64,000 nt of DNA from a virus, in the IMG/VR virus record IMGVR_UViG_3300013306_000001, positions 26,096 to 90,095 of that record. One strand, 5' to 3'. The notes beneath the pieces were generated by a model. The model searched no databases. It saw only the letters and a list, made by a program, of their open reading frames with translations, and had not been told where the DNA came from. Below, in pieces: positions 37,358 to 48,565 of this stretch. A program made the translations under genes and the position numbers. The stretch's first letter is position 1. Every line of letters starts with the position of its first letter.

Positions 37358-37955
37358 TTACCTCTCCTACTACCAGTTTATAAATATCTTTAAAGTTTGT
37401 ACCTAAACAGATAGACTGGACCGTTACACGGTTGAAATCATACTTTTCTGCGATTCCTTTTACTAAACCCTTAGGTGCCCGAGGGCTATCTCCTTTCCCA
37501 TCAAGGTATTCTATAAGAATATTCTTAGCAACCTCATCAGAAATCATTTGGTTAAAAGGTCTTAGTCCTTGAGCTTGTCTAGCCTTCACAGCAGCATTGG
37601 ATCTAACTTTAGGATTCTTATCAAACTGATTATCCTGAGAAGTACCAAGAACAATATTCTCTTTGGATAAGTTTAAAGGATTATCATCTAAATGTCTAAC
37701 ATTAATACCGGGCTGAAAAGATTCTTCTCCGTACAATACATATCCAACAAATTTATGAAACGGGAAACTGCCGCGTGTCTTATCTCCCTTACGCAAACTT
37801 ATACTAAAAGACGGGTATCTTTGCTTACCGTATAGCTGAGGTTTAATTCTGTTACCAAAAGGTGTTACGAATTCCTGCGTATCAAAATCAAACCAGTACC
37901 CCCTCTCAATTGCTAATTTAATGTAGCCGTGATAAGCCGCTAAATCCTCACTCAA
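37350..37955 (-). CDS. HNH homing endonuclease
   Basis: FHKFV...VRHLDDNPLNLSKENIVLGTSQDN. Confidence 0.8.
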   Translation of the reverse strand: MSEDLAAYHGYIKLAIERGYWFDFDTQEFVTPFGNRIKPQLYGKQRYPSFSISLRKGDKTRGSFPFHKFVGYVLYGEESFQPGINVRHLDDNPLNLSKENIVLGTSQDNQFDKNPKVRSNAAVKARQAQGLRPFNQMISDEVAKNILIEYLDGKGDSPRAPKGLVKGIAEKYDFNRVTVQSICLGTNFKDIYKLVVGEVNV

Positions 37956-38117
37956 CTTGCTTCTCCTTATTCAAATACTCTTCAACTTCTTTCCAAGAAA
38001 TATCTGGAAAGTACACATACATCGTGCCAGATTTAGCTAAGTTTGTATAGTCTTCTTTTGATTTAATAATGTCTTGCCATACAAGCTTTGGTCGTTGTGT
38101 TGGTACATGTGCGTGAA

Positions 38118-38549
38118 TCATTTGCCGCTACTCCCAAACCCACCTTCTCCCCGAATAGTCTCACTCAAACTATCCACCTCTTCAAACATCACTTTCTTGT
38201 AAGGAATAACCATCCCCTGTGCAATCCTATCACCTGCATTAACTTCAAGTCCCCACCCTTGTTTGTCACAAGACAACTTGACTTTAAGCTCTCCACGGTA
38301 ATCCGAATCAATCACACCAACACAGTTACTAAGCCGCACATCATTCTTAAATCCATGACCACTACGACTAAAGATTAGCATTACATGATCTTCTGGGATT
38401 TCAAATGCAAGACCAGTGGAATAAGTATGGGGTGCATTATAGTCTGTATCACCATTGAGCATTGTGTAGATATCAAAACAACCGCTGCCTTCTGTTGCGT
38501 AGGTTGGAAGCTTAGCGGATTCGTACAGACGTTTTACTTTGACTTTCAA
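38118..38549 (-). CDS. dut: dUTPase (trimeric)
   Basis: SRSGHG, GVIDSDYRGE, RIAQG, RGEGGFGSSG. Confidence 0.95.
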   Translation of the reverse strand: MKVKVKRLYESAKLPTYATEGSGCFDIYTMLNGDTDYNAPHTYSTGLAFEIPEDHVMLIFSRSGHGFKNDVRLSNCVGVIDSDYRGELKVKLSCDKQGWGLEVNAGDRIAQGMVIPYKKVMFEEVDSLSETIRGEGGFGSSGK

Positions 38550-38718
38550 GATTTACTCCTCGATTAATGTTTCAATAATACTTTTAATTTGCAGCAGCAT
38601 TGCTTCCTCATAACTGAAATCAGAAGCAAATGAAATACCTTCTTGATATTGGTCTAATACTTCTTCAAGGCGACCGTCTAAATAGTCTTGTATTAGGTGA
38701 AGGCCATCCTTATTAAAT

Positions 38719-38943
38719 TTATTCATAAACAGTTTCCCCTTGTAGCTTACTATTAAAGTGACGCCTTACAACATAACCCCTGCCCAAACTCCAAACAGTA
38801 CAGAGAATAGTTGTGGAAGTGGCAATCCCAACAGGGGTTGTAAAGAACATCAAACAACCCATCGTAATTAACCAACTCCCTACCATGCCTATGGTAGTGT
38901 TTGTACAGGTTTCAATCAAGGATTGTTTCTTAGTTTGTTTCAT
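38719..38943 (-). CDS. small membrane protein
   Basis: QTKKQSLIET.TN...GYVVRRHFN; two hydrophobic helices. Confidence 0.65.
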   Translation of the reverse strand: MKQTKKQSLIETCTNTTIGMVGSWLITMGCLMFFTTPVGIATSTTILCTVWSLGRGYVVRRHFNSKLQGETVYE

Positions 38944-39449
38944 TTAATCTTCCCTGTCAACACAAGCTCAAGCTCAGCCAATACGTTGAAAGCTGTATGA
39001 GCCAGATGAACAATATTACTTTCCTCATCAGTCCGCTCAATAGCCGGTACACCTTGAGCTTTCTGAATAAACCCCTTCACTCGATGGCGACTAGCAGCAG
39101 CAGAGAATTCAGTTTCAGCATTAGGGAGGTTCTTGAAGTCATTAGGTTTATAGCCTTTATTTTCTTCAGCCCAACCCATCACTTTAGCAATCTCTAGAAT
39201 TGCATTAGGGAAACCTTCATCAAATAGTTGCATTTTTACCTTACCAACTTTACGTTCTTCTAGGGCAGGGCGTTGGATACTTGATTCTACTAAAGTTAGA
39301 TCATCATAACCAAATTGGAACTCTTGACCAGTTTCATCTATAACTAAAGCATAATCACGGCTTAAATAACTCTTACCTTGATAGATAAACTCTCCTTTAT
39401 AAGGCTCAAATGAACTGTAAACCTTATCCCCTACCTTAAATTTACTCAT
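38940..39449 (-). CDS. dATP/dGTP diphosphohydrolase-domain protein (DUF5664-like)
   Basis: K.GK..MQL...A..EIAKVM...AASRH...DEES...HLAH. Confidence 0.7.
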   Translation of the reverse strand: MSKFKVGDKVYSSFEPYKGEFIYQGKSYLSRDYALVIDETGQEFQFGYDDLTLVESSIQRPALEERKVGKVKMQLFDEGFPNAILEIAKVMGWAEENKGYKPNDFKNLPNAETEFSAAASRHRVKGFIQKAQGVPAIERTDEESNIVHLAHTAFNVLAELELVLTGKIK

Positions 39450-39617
39450 CAACCGTCTCCTCATTCTGTTTAGTAATATTCTTCAATTTCTGTATTTGGT
39501 CGAGCATGTTCTCTTGTTGCTGACGGAGATTATGAACCAATTTCATAGTGTTGTCAAGCTCTTGTTCAAGAGTTTTTACTCGGTTGTAAAGTCTGAAATC
39601 TTGGATTTTAATTCTCC

Positions 39618-40181
39618 TTATTTTCCGTGCCTTTCTGTAAAATCTCCTTGAGACTCTTGCCATTTTTCACGAGCAAGTTTAGCATCTTCTAGATTAATAT
39701 ACGAACCTAAATTAGTTTTCTTATATACACCAGCTTCTGTGTAATGGCCTTCGGCAACCCACTTGTTGTTAGCTTTGTTCCAGCATACACCATTTACGCC
39801 TGATTTGTTGTTGCTAGATAAACCACAATTACGCCCATTACTTATCGAGGTGGCTTGTCGTAAATTACTCCATTTGTTATTCAACCCATCACCATCTTCA
39901 TGATCTATAAGCTGATCAGGCCACTCCCCATTCATGTAAAACCAAGCTAATCTATGGGCCAGGAACAATTTACCTTTAATTCGTATCTGAAGGTAGTACA
40001 AGTCTTTTTCACCGTACTTAGATGGATACCCTGCGACCTTACCAGCAAACCTTCCAAGATATGTATTTCTGGCATGTGTGTTCTTGAAATGTTCCAAAGG
40101 TCTGTCAACTTTCCATGTGAACAGACCAGTCTCTTTGTTATAATCTAATGCCTCATGCAAGATTTTATGTGTTAGTTCCAA
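39618..40181 (-). CDS. HNH homing endonuclease (HNH plus AP2-like); paralog of 4955..5542
   Basis: YNKETGLFTW, AHRLAWFYMNGEWP, IDHEDGDGLNNKWSNLR. Confidence 0.85.
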   Translation of the reverse strand: MELTHKILHEALDYNKETGLFTWKVDRPLEHFKNTHARNTYLGRFAGKVAGYPSKYGEKDLYYLQIRIKGKLFLAHRLAWFYMNGEWPDQLIDHEDGDGLNNKWSNLRQATSISNGRNCGLSSNNKSGVNGVCWNKANNKWVAEGHYTEAGVYKKTNLGSYINLEDAKLAREKWQESQGDFTERHGK

Positions 40182-41064
40182 CCCACCGCCCCTCTGAATT
40201 TAACCGCATTGGCTCCAACACGGGCATAGAATCAATAATCAACCCCGTGCCAATGATTGGGCGCTTAATATTCACATTATTGTAGTTGAATGCAAGCTTA
40301 TCATCGTCAATCAGACAACCACACTGCATACCCCAATAAAGTCCGGTGCTATTTCCCCAATAATCAATCTTGAACGTCTCATGATAGTGGCCTTGAGTTG
40401 CATTCATGCCCATCTGCTGGCTCAGTTGAATAATGTTGCTTGTCTTACCGTGGTGCATATAGCACTTCTGACCATTAGGAAGATCAACCGTCAGATCAAA
40501 GCTCCACTTCCAACCACTATCTACGCCCAATACTTCATTGTATGACTTGATATAATGTTTTGGAATACCAAACACCTTAGCCTTACGCCATACCAAGCTA
40601 CCGTGATTACTTTCAAGAATGTCCATTTTAGGGAAAATCTTAAACAGCTCTGAAATCACAGGAAGAGCCTGACGAATTTCATCTCCAGCGCTTGGCAAGT
40701 CTGGGTCACTGTCATGGAAGCTCAAGGCGTGACCATCCACCTCATCACCCAGACAGATAACACGAGTTGGGTTGTATTTCTGTTTCAAATGCAGCAAGAA
40801 AGCAATAGCATCTTGGTGATGATATGGAATATGCAAATCACTGATCAACAAGATACGGCTGTTATCATGCTCCACACCATCATTCTTACGTACAGAGTAA
40901 GTTTCTGACGACTTACGATTATCTACTACAACTTGACTGAATTCTTTACGGAGATAATCAGATACGGTTGAACGTGGTTTGTCCAATAATTCTGAAATCT
41001 TCCTCCAGCTCTTACCTGTTTTTGCTAGCTCAACAGCTTCTTGTTTCCATTCTGCTTCACTCAC
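40165..41064 (-). CDS. metallophosphoesterase with N-terminal HTH
   Basis: SDLHIPY, LGDEVD, SNH, MHHG, QGHYH. Confidence 0.85.
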   Translation of the reverse strand: MSEAEWKQEAVELAKTGKSWRKISELLDKPRSTVSDYLRKEFSQVVVDNRKSSETYSVRKNDGVEHDNSRILLISDLHIPYHHQDAIAFLLHLKQKYNPTRVICLGDEVDGHALSFHDSDPDLPSAGDEIRQALPVISELFKIFPKMDILESNHGSLVWRKAKVFGIPKHYIKSYNEVLGVDSGWKWSFDLTVDLPNGQKCYMHHGKTSNIIQLSQQMGMNATQGHYHETFKIDYWGNSTGLYWGMQCGCLIDDDKLAFNYNNVNIKRPIIGTGLIIDSMPVLEPMRLNSEGRWVGTNT

Positions 41065-42030
41065 TGAAACTTCTCCTCATATTCTTCTTCTGTTAGTTCA
41101 ACGCGACTAACAGTATGTCCTACAAATCTCAAAAGGTTATAGATTGCGTTCTCTGGCTCCGTATCCAAATAGCTGAACACTTTACCATCAATATCACATA
41201 CACAGTCTGTAGAATCTTCTAGTGTAAAGAATGTAATGTTCACTCAAAACCCTCCTTAGTAAAACATTCATGTAATTTGTTTGTATGGATAACCAGACAA
41301 TCTTTAGGCGTACCACACCACTGAGAATACCACTCAACATACTCTGTAGCATCTTCTTCACTAGAAAAGCATTCTAGAATGCAATCCCAACCATGTTCGA
41401 CATGTGTCACTGTATATACATTACTCACCAAGCCTCTCCTTCAATTTAATAACTAATCCGTAAAGCTCCAAGTTCATCTGAAGCACCGTCTCAAGAATCT
41501 CTTGTTTCTCGTAAGCATTGTATTTCATGAACTCATCGCTTATCACTTCATTACGCAATTTCCAATATGTGAGAGGATCTACTTCGATAGTTACAGCAGC
41601 CTGTACAGGCTTCTTAGGAAATAACTCTCTGACGTCTCCCATAGCTAAAACCCGAACACAGAGGTGTCAATACAAGTGAGCCACACATAGAAGAATGTAT
41701 AGTATTGAACCAGAGCATTGATAACCAGATAATGTCCGTCAAAGTTATCAATCTGTGACATTGTGAGAGTAATGTTATCTTTAAGTGACATTATTTAAAC
41801 TCCTCACGAAAGGTTCCATCATCGACAATACCAGTTGTCTGATATGGAGTGCGATTAGAAATGTGTAAATATACCCTTTCCGGATCAAATCCATCACCGA
41901 TACCTACAAAATCATTATTGACAATGTAAGGCTTTTGTTGTTCAAGCAGCACTTGAAGGATTTTATCAACTTTGGCTTCTAATACACCAATTTGAATACT
42001 AAGCTCTGTGTAGACTTCATTCTTTTTCAT
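41061..42030 (-). other. cluster of small hypothetical CDS
   Basis: 41061-41243, 41240-41431, 41421-41642, 41791-42030. Confidence 0.6.
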
Positions 42031-42544
42031 GTCTCATACTCTCCTCGATTTGCTTTCTACGTTTCGCAGCACTGCTTGCAGGGATTATATCATGATCTTT
42101 TAGCCACTGCACGTCTTTTTTAGCTTTACAGATGGCGATAATTTCTTTTTGTATCACCGCATCTTGGAAGCTGATTCCCATACGTTCAGCATAGCTCTTG
42201 ATTTTATGGGCCTCCTTGTTCACCAATGCCATTTCTTCCTTATCACAGCATAGATGAAGAATGAAAGGAAGTACATCTTCCCAGTCAGTAAATTTTACAT
42301 TACCTATGCGGTGGTCCACCTCTAAAGCAGACTTCCCTGTCCACTCTCCAGTAAGCTCACAGTATGCTCCAGACTTAGCACGTCCTGTGTAGCCTTCTGG
42401 TGGTTTTGAACAACCTTCGTTCTTAAACTGCATCTTTGGTGGATAGAATTGCCAAATTGATTTTCTCAACGCACCCCGAAGCCATGTGAAGAAACTAGAC
42501 TTTGTAGGCCAGACATCTGGAGACTGTTTCCATGGCTCTTTCAT
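42017..42544 (-). CDS. HNH-fold endonuclease (possible resolvase) beside the exonuclease
   Basis: WLRGALRK, CELTG, EVDH, HKIKS. Confidence 0.7.
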   Translation of the reverse strand: MKEPWKQSPDVWPTKSSFFTWLRGALRKSIWQFYPPKMQFKNEGCSKPPEGYTGRAKSGAYCELTGEWTGKSALEVDHRIGNVKFTDWEDVLPFILHLCCDKEEMALVNKEAHKIKSYAERMGISFQDAVIQKEIIAICKAKKDVQWLKDHDIIPASSAAKRRKQIEESMRHEKE

Positions 42545-42788
42545 ACATTTTGGTCTTCCATATATTTAACACAAGCTCCAGTCATTATGATTACATGCTT
42601 ATTCAAACATGGCTTATTGGGTTTTACTCTCACCTCTGAACCTAGGTATTCATAACACCAGTTAATATACTGATAAGGTAGGTAGATACACTGGATACTA
42701 CCTTCTGAGCATTCCTTAATCCAGAGTTCACTTGGTTTGATTATATTCTCAATCTTAGGTTCAGGTTTCTTTTTGTTAAAAGGCCACA

Positions 42789-43745
42789 TTAGACAATCCC
42801 CATCTTTTGCATAACTTCACGCACATTCACAAAATCACCTTCAAACCTCAGCATATGAATACCATCCCAATACATTTGTGCAATTCCTAAATAATCCTTT
42901 GTCACTTCAAGTCCACATTGATCTGTGTACGTAACTTCTTCAGGATACCATTTCTTATAAAGATCATGAACAGCTTGCCAACATTCTTGATCTGTCTGTA
43001 AATCTTTTAAGAGTTTATAACCAGACTTCTCACCAAACTTAACACCAGCAAGGTAACAAGGATTAAGGCCATCAATCGTATCACCAACAATCCACTGAAG
43101 ATACTTCCATTTACTTCCGTGACCTCTAACCTTTCCTTTTTCATCTAGAGTAAGCTCACCAAGACCTTTTACAAACATAGGCTCCGACATACGATCCCAG
43201 TTATAGACCCACCCATCGGTGCCCATGCTGTCCTTATCGGTGCTACAACCAATAATTTTAGTCTTAGATCTAATCCCATCATGTTGACGCATGGAAATTT
43301 TATCGTCTGCTTCCCCTTGAACTACAATAGCTCCGTGAACCCCTTTCAAATATTCCATAACTTCCTTAAGTTGCAGGGGTTTTAGTAGTCCAGAACGGTT
43401 TCCTTTATAGCGTTGAGGTAAGGGTAGCTCATCACGAAAGTTGTCCTTTCCACTAAGATAAATCTCGTACTTATCTGTACCACAAGCTTCGCAGATACTT
43501 TGTATCATTCGCTTAACTGTGAATAAAGCATGTGAAATATCTTCTGTCACTTGAGTGTCTGTAATTTCAAAGTCTTCAAATGGAAACCTATCCCCAATAG
43601 TTTCTTTAAGCTCAGTCCTGTGTTTGAAAGCTTTAGTGCGATTGCTAGGTTTGTGTATAGCAACAATACCACGAGTTTCATTAGCTGCTGAAGATTTGAA
43701 GGCTAGAAGGTCTCCGTCAATTACTGCGATTGGTTTTTTAGACAT
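42789..43745 (-). CDS. 5'-3' exonuclease (T7 gp6/RNase H-like)
   Basis: IDGDLLAF, NFR...YKGNR, EADD, DKD, GDTIDG. Confidence 0.88.
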   Translation of the reverse strand: MSKKPIAVIDGDLLAFKSSAANETRGIVAIHKPSNRTKAFKHRTELKETIGDRFPFEDFEITDTQVTEDISHALFTVKRMIQSICEACGTDKYEIYLSGKDNFRDELPLPQRYKGNRSGLLKPLQLKEVMEYLKGVHGAIVVQGEADDKISMRQHDGIRSKTKIIGCSTDKDSMGTDGWVYNWDRMSEPMFVKGLGELTLDEKGKVRGHGSKWKYLQWIVGDTIDGLNPCYLAGVKFGEKSGYKLLKDLQTDQECWQAVHDLYKKWYPEEVTYTDQCGLEVTKDYLGIAQMYWDGIHMLRFEGDFVNVREVMQKMGIV

Positions 43746-43794
43746 TATCACCTCTTAAACAAAAGCCCCGTTACCGAGGCAATGTTATTAAATC

Positions 43795-44064
43795 TTAATT
43801 GTACTGAGTAAGTTGCTTGTACTTATCAAATACAGCTAGAGCATCTTCTTCAACTTCTTCAAACTTGGCTGCTACATATAATTTGGCTGCCTTATCTACC
43901 AACTTGATATCATCCTTTGACAGACCTTTGCTATTTAGGTCGGCATCATATGTAAAGTCTTGCTTCACTTGTTTAATATCTTGTTTTACTGTTTCAAGAT
44001 CAGTCAGCAGCTTAGTCAATCGTTGGAATAGAGCTTCTTCAGTGTAAATCGTTTGTTCGGTCAT
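43795..44064 (-). CDS. small dsDNA-binding protein (T4 DsbA/GapR-like)
   Basis: Helical LE..KQDIKQV...KGL pattern; within the replication module. Confidence 0.5.
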   Translation of the reverse strand: MTEQTIYTEEALFQRLTKLLTDLETVKQDIKQVKQDFTYDADLNSKGLSKDDIKLVDKAAKLYVAAKFEEVEEDALAVFDKYKQLTQYN

Positions 44065-44083
44065 TTGTTTCTCCTAATTTAAA

Positions 44084-44668
44084 TTATAGATAGCGTGTGC
44101 GAAGTGCTTCAGCTACTCGTTGATCAGTTTGTTGGTCAGCGTATAAACAAGAAAATTCATGTTTACGTTTCTTCCAAGCTCTATGTCCATCTTCTGGATT
44201 ATCATAGTAACCAAGACCTTCACGTCTGTGAGTAAAAGGATTTCTAATCTCCGCTTTAAAAGCTTGGTCTCTTTTATTCCAACTAACACCAATAGGCCAC
44301 GGGCCCCTAGTTGCAGCAGTATCCATAATAAATAGATTAAGCTTCTTATCAACAAAGGCACAAGTATCTGGGGAATAAACTTTATTACCGGGTAATATAA
44401 TATCTTTATCCAGTTGTTTGCCTTGCCACTCTTGTGCCAACATCCACTTTTCAAAATCGCTCAAATGAATCCACCCATCTATAACAGAACAATCGATATA
44501 TGAAGGGTGGCGTTTGTGAAATTCTGCATCATAAGAACGACCTAACATGTTTTGCCAAGTTCGGTAGATTGGACAAACAATCCTCTTTCCATCAACTGTC
44601 CAAGTTACATCTCTGTCTAAATCATTAATACCAACCCCGAATACAGGTTTATAATACTTCCCCATCAT
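44084..44668 (-). CDS. HNH-like homing endonuclease (GIND family paralog)
   Basis: FGVGINDLD, W..LS.FE.W, LDKDIILPGNKVYSPDTCAFV. Confidence 0.75.
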   Translation of the reverse strand: MMGKYYKPVFGVGINDLDRDVTWTVDGKRIVCPIYRTWQNMLGRSYDAEFHKRHPSYIDCSVIDGWIHLSDFEKWMLAQEWQGKQLDKDIILPGNKVYSPDTCAFVDKKLNLFIMDTAATRGPWPIGVSWNKRDQAFKAEIRNPFTHRREGLGYYDNPEDGHRAWKKRKHEFSCLYADQQTDQRVAEALRTRYL

Positions 44669-44713
44669 TACCTCTTTGAATGGGAGGGCTTTTACACCCT
44701 CCGTTTTCAATTA

Positions 44714-45397
44714 CTAAAATGGCAGCGAGTCAGAGTCATCAAACTCAGGTTCCGGTTGTGGAGTAGGTGCTTGTTGCTTTGGTTCTTCTACCTTAGCTTC
44801 GACCTTCTTCACTTTGTAGCTACCAAGAATATCGTCATCAACGCTGTCCGATGCAGTACGACCTTCGAATGGAATGTGTTCAACCACTTGGACAGTATCC
44901 AAAGTAATTACAACTTGATTGTCTACGTTCTTATATCCGAACAGTTTCAAGTTGACCACACTGCCGTTGCCGATGTTATCAGTAAAAGCCTCACCTTTAG
45001 TATCAATAACGTTAACAGTCATAGGGTTATTCTTTTTGCTAAACTCTGGCTTAGCAACGTTGAAACCCCACAGACCTTTAACCACATCGTAGTTAACCTT
45101 ACCCTCTTCAGCCTGCTCGGAGGTCATGTACTTGATCTTCCTAGGCGGCTTAGATGTTTTCGTTACACCAACCTCAGCAAAGGTTTTGTTAACCATAACT
45201 TCATCAAGCAGCTTGTCCTTAGCCTCTTCATCCACAAACACTTGAGCACTGAACTCTTTCGACTCACTCTGATACTTTTTCTTGGCCTCATGGACTGCTG
45301 CATAAAATACAACGGCGTTCTTGATGTAGATATTTACAGTTTCAAGGCCACCCGATTTAGGCAAGTCGCGTACAATTACTTCAGTTTTGTTAGTCAT
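44714..45397 (-). CDS. single-stranded DNA-binding protein
   Basis: IGNGSVVNL motif; acidic tail ending DDSDSLPF. Confidence 0.75.
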   Translation of the reverse strand: MTNKTEVIVRDLPKSGGLETVNIYIKNAVVFYAAVHEAKKKYQSESKEFSAQVFVDEEAKDKLLDEVMVNKTFAEVGVTKTSKPPRKIKYMTSEQAEEGKVNYDVVKGLWGFNVAKPEFSKKNNPMTVNVIDTKGEAFTDNIGNGSVVNLKLFGYKNVDNQVVITLDTVQVVEHIPFEGRTASDSVDDDILGSYKVKKVEAKVEEPKQQAPTPQPEPEFDDSDSLPF

Positions 45398-46388
45398 TTA
45401 TTTCTCTCTATTAAGTTGTGTATTTTATATGTTCACAATATTGTGAGATATATTTGCAACATCCTATCACTAGGAATTCTATTTACTTACATCTATACCA
45501 ATGATGCCCAGGATGTATAGCACAAACCCACCACCAAACATCTTAGCCCATACTACAAACCCTGCCCAAGCCAAGCTGCCGGACCAAATGTCAGTCCAAC
45601 AACACCCAGCAAGTATAGACCATAGCCGATACCACTTACAACTGCCAAACCCATCAGAATAGCTCCAATGATTACCAAAGCAGCACATAGACCTGTTTTC
45701 ATAATATTCCCCTTAATTAATGTTTAGTTGGCTCAGCTTTCTTCTTCCCAACAGAGATATCTACAATCTCTGCCTGCTGTTCTCCCTCTGCAACATCGCC
45801 AAATCCACCAAAGACATCCATCAGAGAATCTTTCAGTTGTTTACTTTGATGATCTTTCCAAGCTATGAAATCAGAACACTCCTCAAAGACATATTCTACA
45901 GTGCCGACAGAGCATTCACCAACCTTCTCTACAGTATCACGAATAGTTACTGAGCCCATGATTCAACGAACCTGCTTTTCAGACAGCAACACAAACTCTT
46001 GCTGATAAATCTTAGCAGTTGTTTTACCAAGTTCTTGCTTTACAGTTTTAAGATATGTGCGGGCATCCTTTCGAGTTGATGCGTTAGCGTACACGTTTTG
46101 TTCATCTGCTACTACGTATTGGATTAGTGTGTTCATTTTATTTCTCCTCGGGTTTATTTAAGTTCATTCTTCTTCAATGGTATCAAAAAACCATTCAGAC
46201 TCAGTATTAATTTCTTCAGGATCATCCGGAACTGGTCCATACTCTGACTCACGCTCGACACAACGTTGCGCTTCAGATAGTGTCCTGAACCTACGAACAG
46301 CATTACTACCATCTCCACAGTCAATAATTACTTCATAATAAATCATTACCCTCTCCTTCATTCAGCTTCATATTTAATTTACACGTAT

Positions 46389-46417
46389 ATTATCGCATGA
46401 TAAGGGTGTTGTGTAAA
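46389..46417 (-). promoter_or_regulatory. sigma70-like promoter
   Basis: TTTACA-17 nt-GATAAT on the minus strand. Confidence 0.55.
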
Positions 46418-46436
46418 GGGCTATTTTTGAATTTCT

Positions 46437-48551
46437 TTAGTGGGTTTCCATCCATGATTTCCCCGTCTTTGCTTCCCCTGCCAAAGGTACTTTAAGTTTT
46501 AAATACTGTCCAGCTTTTTCGATTGCTTTCTCAATCATTTGACCAATCTCAGCGGCAACAGGCCCATCACACTCAAATTCTGCTTCGTCGTGCCAGAATC
46601 CGATACGGCGTACAATAAATCCTTTATAGATGTAATACGGTTTACGATCTTTCCAATACATTTGACCAAGCCACAAGTCCATAAAACATAAAGCATAATC
46701 CATGGCGATACCACCACAACTTTGAAAAATTGTATTGAGAAGTGCAGACTTTTTACGAGTACAAAGCATACGACCATCAATAGCTGGCAGGTATTTACTT
46801 CGTCCAGTCGTCTCCCAATACTTCTCAAGGTTCTCTTTCAAAGCTTTGGTCGCAGGATTCGCAGCCCAGAACGCCTCCAGTTTATCGTTCCCCATCTTCA
46901 ATGGAAGACCAAGAGTAGATGCCAACTTTGGACCGGCGCAACCATACATACAGGCATAATATCCGTTTTTACTGCTATCTCGGTAAGGCTTAAATGTTGG
47001 ATCATCCTTACTAAAATCCGTTGAACTAATATCAAACTTGCTAACAGCCGGAATATGATCATAGAAAGCAAAACGTGCATTCTTAGAGTGTACATCACCT
47101 TTCAACAATTCATCGGCTGTAGCTCCATTGTCATATTTATAGCAGTAATGTCCTTGTACACGCCCCTCTAACGCAGCGGCGTCCCCGGCAGCAATAAGCA
47201 TCCCATCTTCTGAAATCCAGAGGGAACGGAATTCCTTACCAAGCAACACTTTTTCCGATGCTTTTGGTACGTTTACAACAGTTTTATGCTTTTGGCGATG
47301 AGTTGAAGCAATCCCTGTGCGCCCGGCGCCAATGCGCCCATCCATCTGTAAACGTTCATTTGTGAGCCAACCTTCCAACACTGATTGACGGTTACGTAGA
47401 CTTAGCCACTTTACAACGAGTTTTACAATATCCCCTTCAAGTTTCATAAGGTTAGGACAAATCTTTCCAGCCTCCTGAATTTTAGGACTTGTCTGGATCA
47501 ATTGACGGGTCTTAGGATCACGCATTGGCTTACCATCAGGTCCACGCTGAAAATTCCAGAGGGTCGGTTGCCAGTTGTTTTCTAAGAACCAATCTTTCAT
47601 CTGGTCTTGGTTAGCCATTTCCATCGGCAACTTAATATTCAGCATAGCTCCTGCAACTACTGGATACTTTTCACCATAGAATTCCCACAAACCTGTGTTT
47701 ATATCTAGAACGCCATTGTGCTTCTCAACAAACTTTTCCCATGCTGAAGAATAGTCACCTGATTTTTTCCAAGGCTTTGCTGGCATGCTGTAATACTTCT
47801 CTTCAGACTTCTTCAAAGCCCTCGGAGGAAGCTTAGGCTCTACCTCTGCGCGAATCTCCTCCATCATCAAACCAATACGTTCTTTGAGCTTCAAGCCACC
47901 TTCAACATCAAACTTGAAGCCTGTAAGCTCCTGGCAAGACATCAGATAGAAAGACTTCTGACCACACTTAAATGCATCAGCGATTGTGAAGTCTTTTCCG
48001 TAAACATCTTTCCATTCTCTTGCAAGATATTGATACAGCAAAACGTTCACGTCAGTATCTCGCTCACAATACACATCCATCTCTGGGTGCCACTGCATAA
48101 ACTCAGCGCCCTTCGGTGCATTACGTTCAATTAATCCTAATTCGATTGCTTTTTCTCGCCAATCAATTTTAGGCAATCCGAGAACTTCACCAAATGCTTC
48201 AACGCTGTGTCCAACACGATCAGGGTTAAGGAACATGCTCAAATATAGGGAATCCACAAATTGTACTGGCTTCCCATCAATCGTGTCTTTGCCAACAGAG
48301 AAATTGATTCCAACAATATTCTGTAGCACGAACATATCGTAGCCAAGGATAAAGTGACCTACGACCACAGGATTAGGCTTTTTAAAGATGAATGAGATTA
48401 GCTGATCTTTGGCAGACTCATCTTTAAAAGGATTTATCTTAATCTTTTCTCCACTTTGGATATTGGTTGCACAAACTGTCCAAACCTTTGTGGACTCAAA
48501 AATAAATCCATCTGCCTCAATATCCAGCACAATCTCATTCTCACCTAACAT
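46437..48551 (-). CDS. DNA polymerase, family A (T7-like) with 3'-5' exonuclease
   Basis: DIEAD, YCERD, motif A DAAALEGR, motif B RxxxKxxxYxxxYG, motif C HDE. Confidence 0.93.
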   Translation of the reverse strand: MLGENEIVLDIEADGFIFESTKVWTVCATNIQSGEKIKINPFKDESAKDQLISFIFKKPNPVVVGHFILGYDMFVLQNIVGINFSVGKDTIDGKPVQFVDSLYLSMFLNPDRVGHSVEAFGEVLGLPKIDWREKAIELGLIERNAPKGAEFMQWHPEMDVYCERDTDVNVLLYQYLAREWKDVYGKDFTIADAFKCGQKSFYLMSCQELTGFKFDVEGGLKLKERIGLMMEEIRAEVEPKLPPRALKKSEEKYYSMPAKPWKKSGDYSSAWEKFVEKHNGVLDINTGLWEFYGEKYPVVAGAMLNIKLPMEMANQDQMKDWFLENNWQPTLWNFQRGPDGKPMRDPKTRQLIQTSPKIQEAGKICPNLMKLEGDIVKLVVKWLSLRNRQSVLEGWLTNERLQMDGRIGAGRTGIASTHRQKHKTVVNVPKASEKVLLGKEFRSLWISEDGMLIAAGDAAALEGRVQGHYCYKYDNGATADELLKGDVHSKNARFAFYDHIPAVSKFDISSTDFSKDDPTFKPYRDSSKNGYYACMYGCAGPKLASTLGLPLKMGNDKLEAFWAANPATKALKENLEKYWETTGRSKYLPAIDGRMLCTRKKSALLNTIFQSCGGIAMDYALCFMDLWLGQMYWKDRKPYYIYKGFIVRRIGFWHDEAEFECDGPVAAEIGQMIEKAIEKAGQYLKLKVPLAGEAKTGKSWMETH

Positions 48552-48565
48552 TTGTTACTCCTAAA

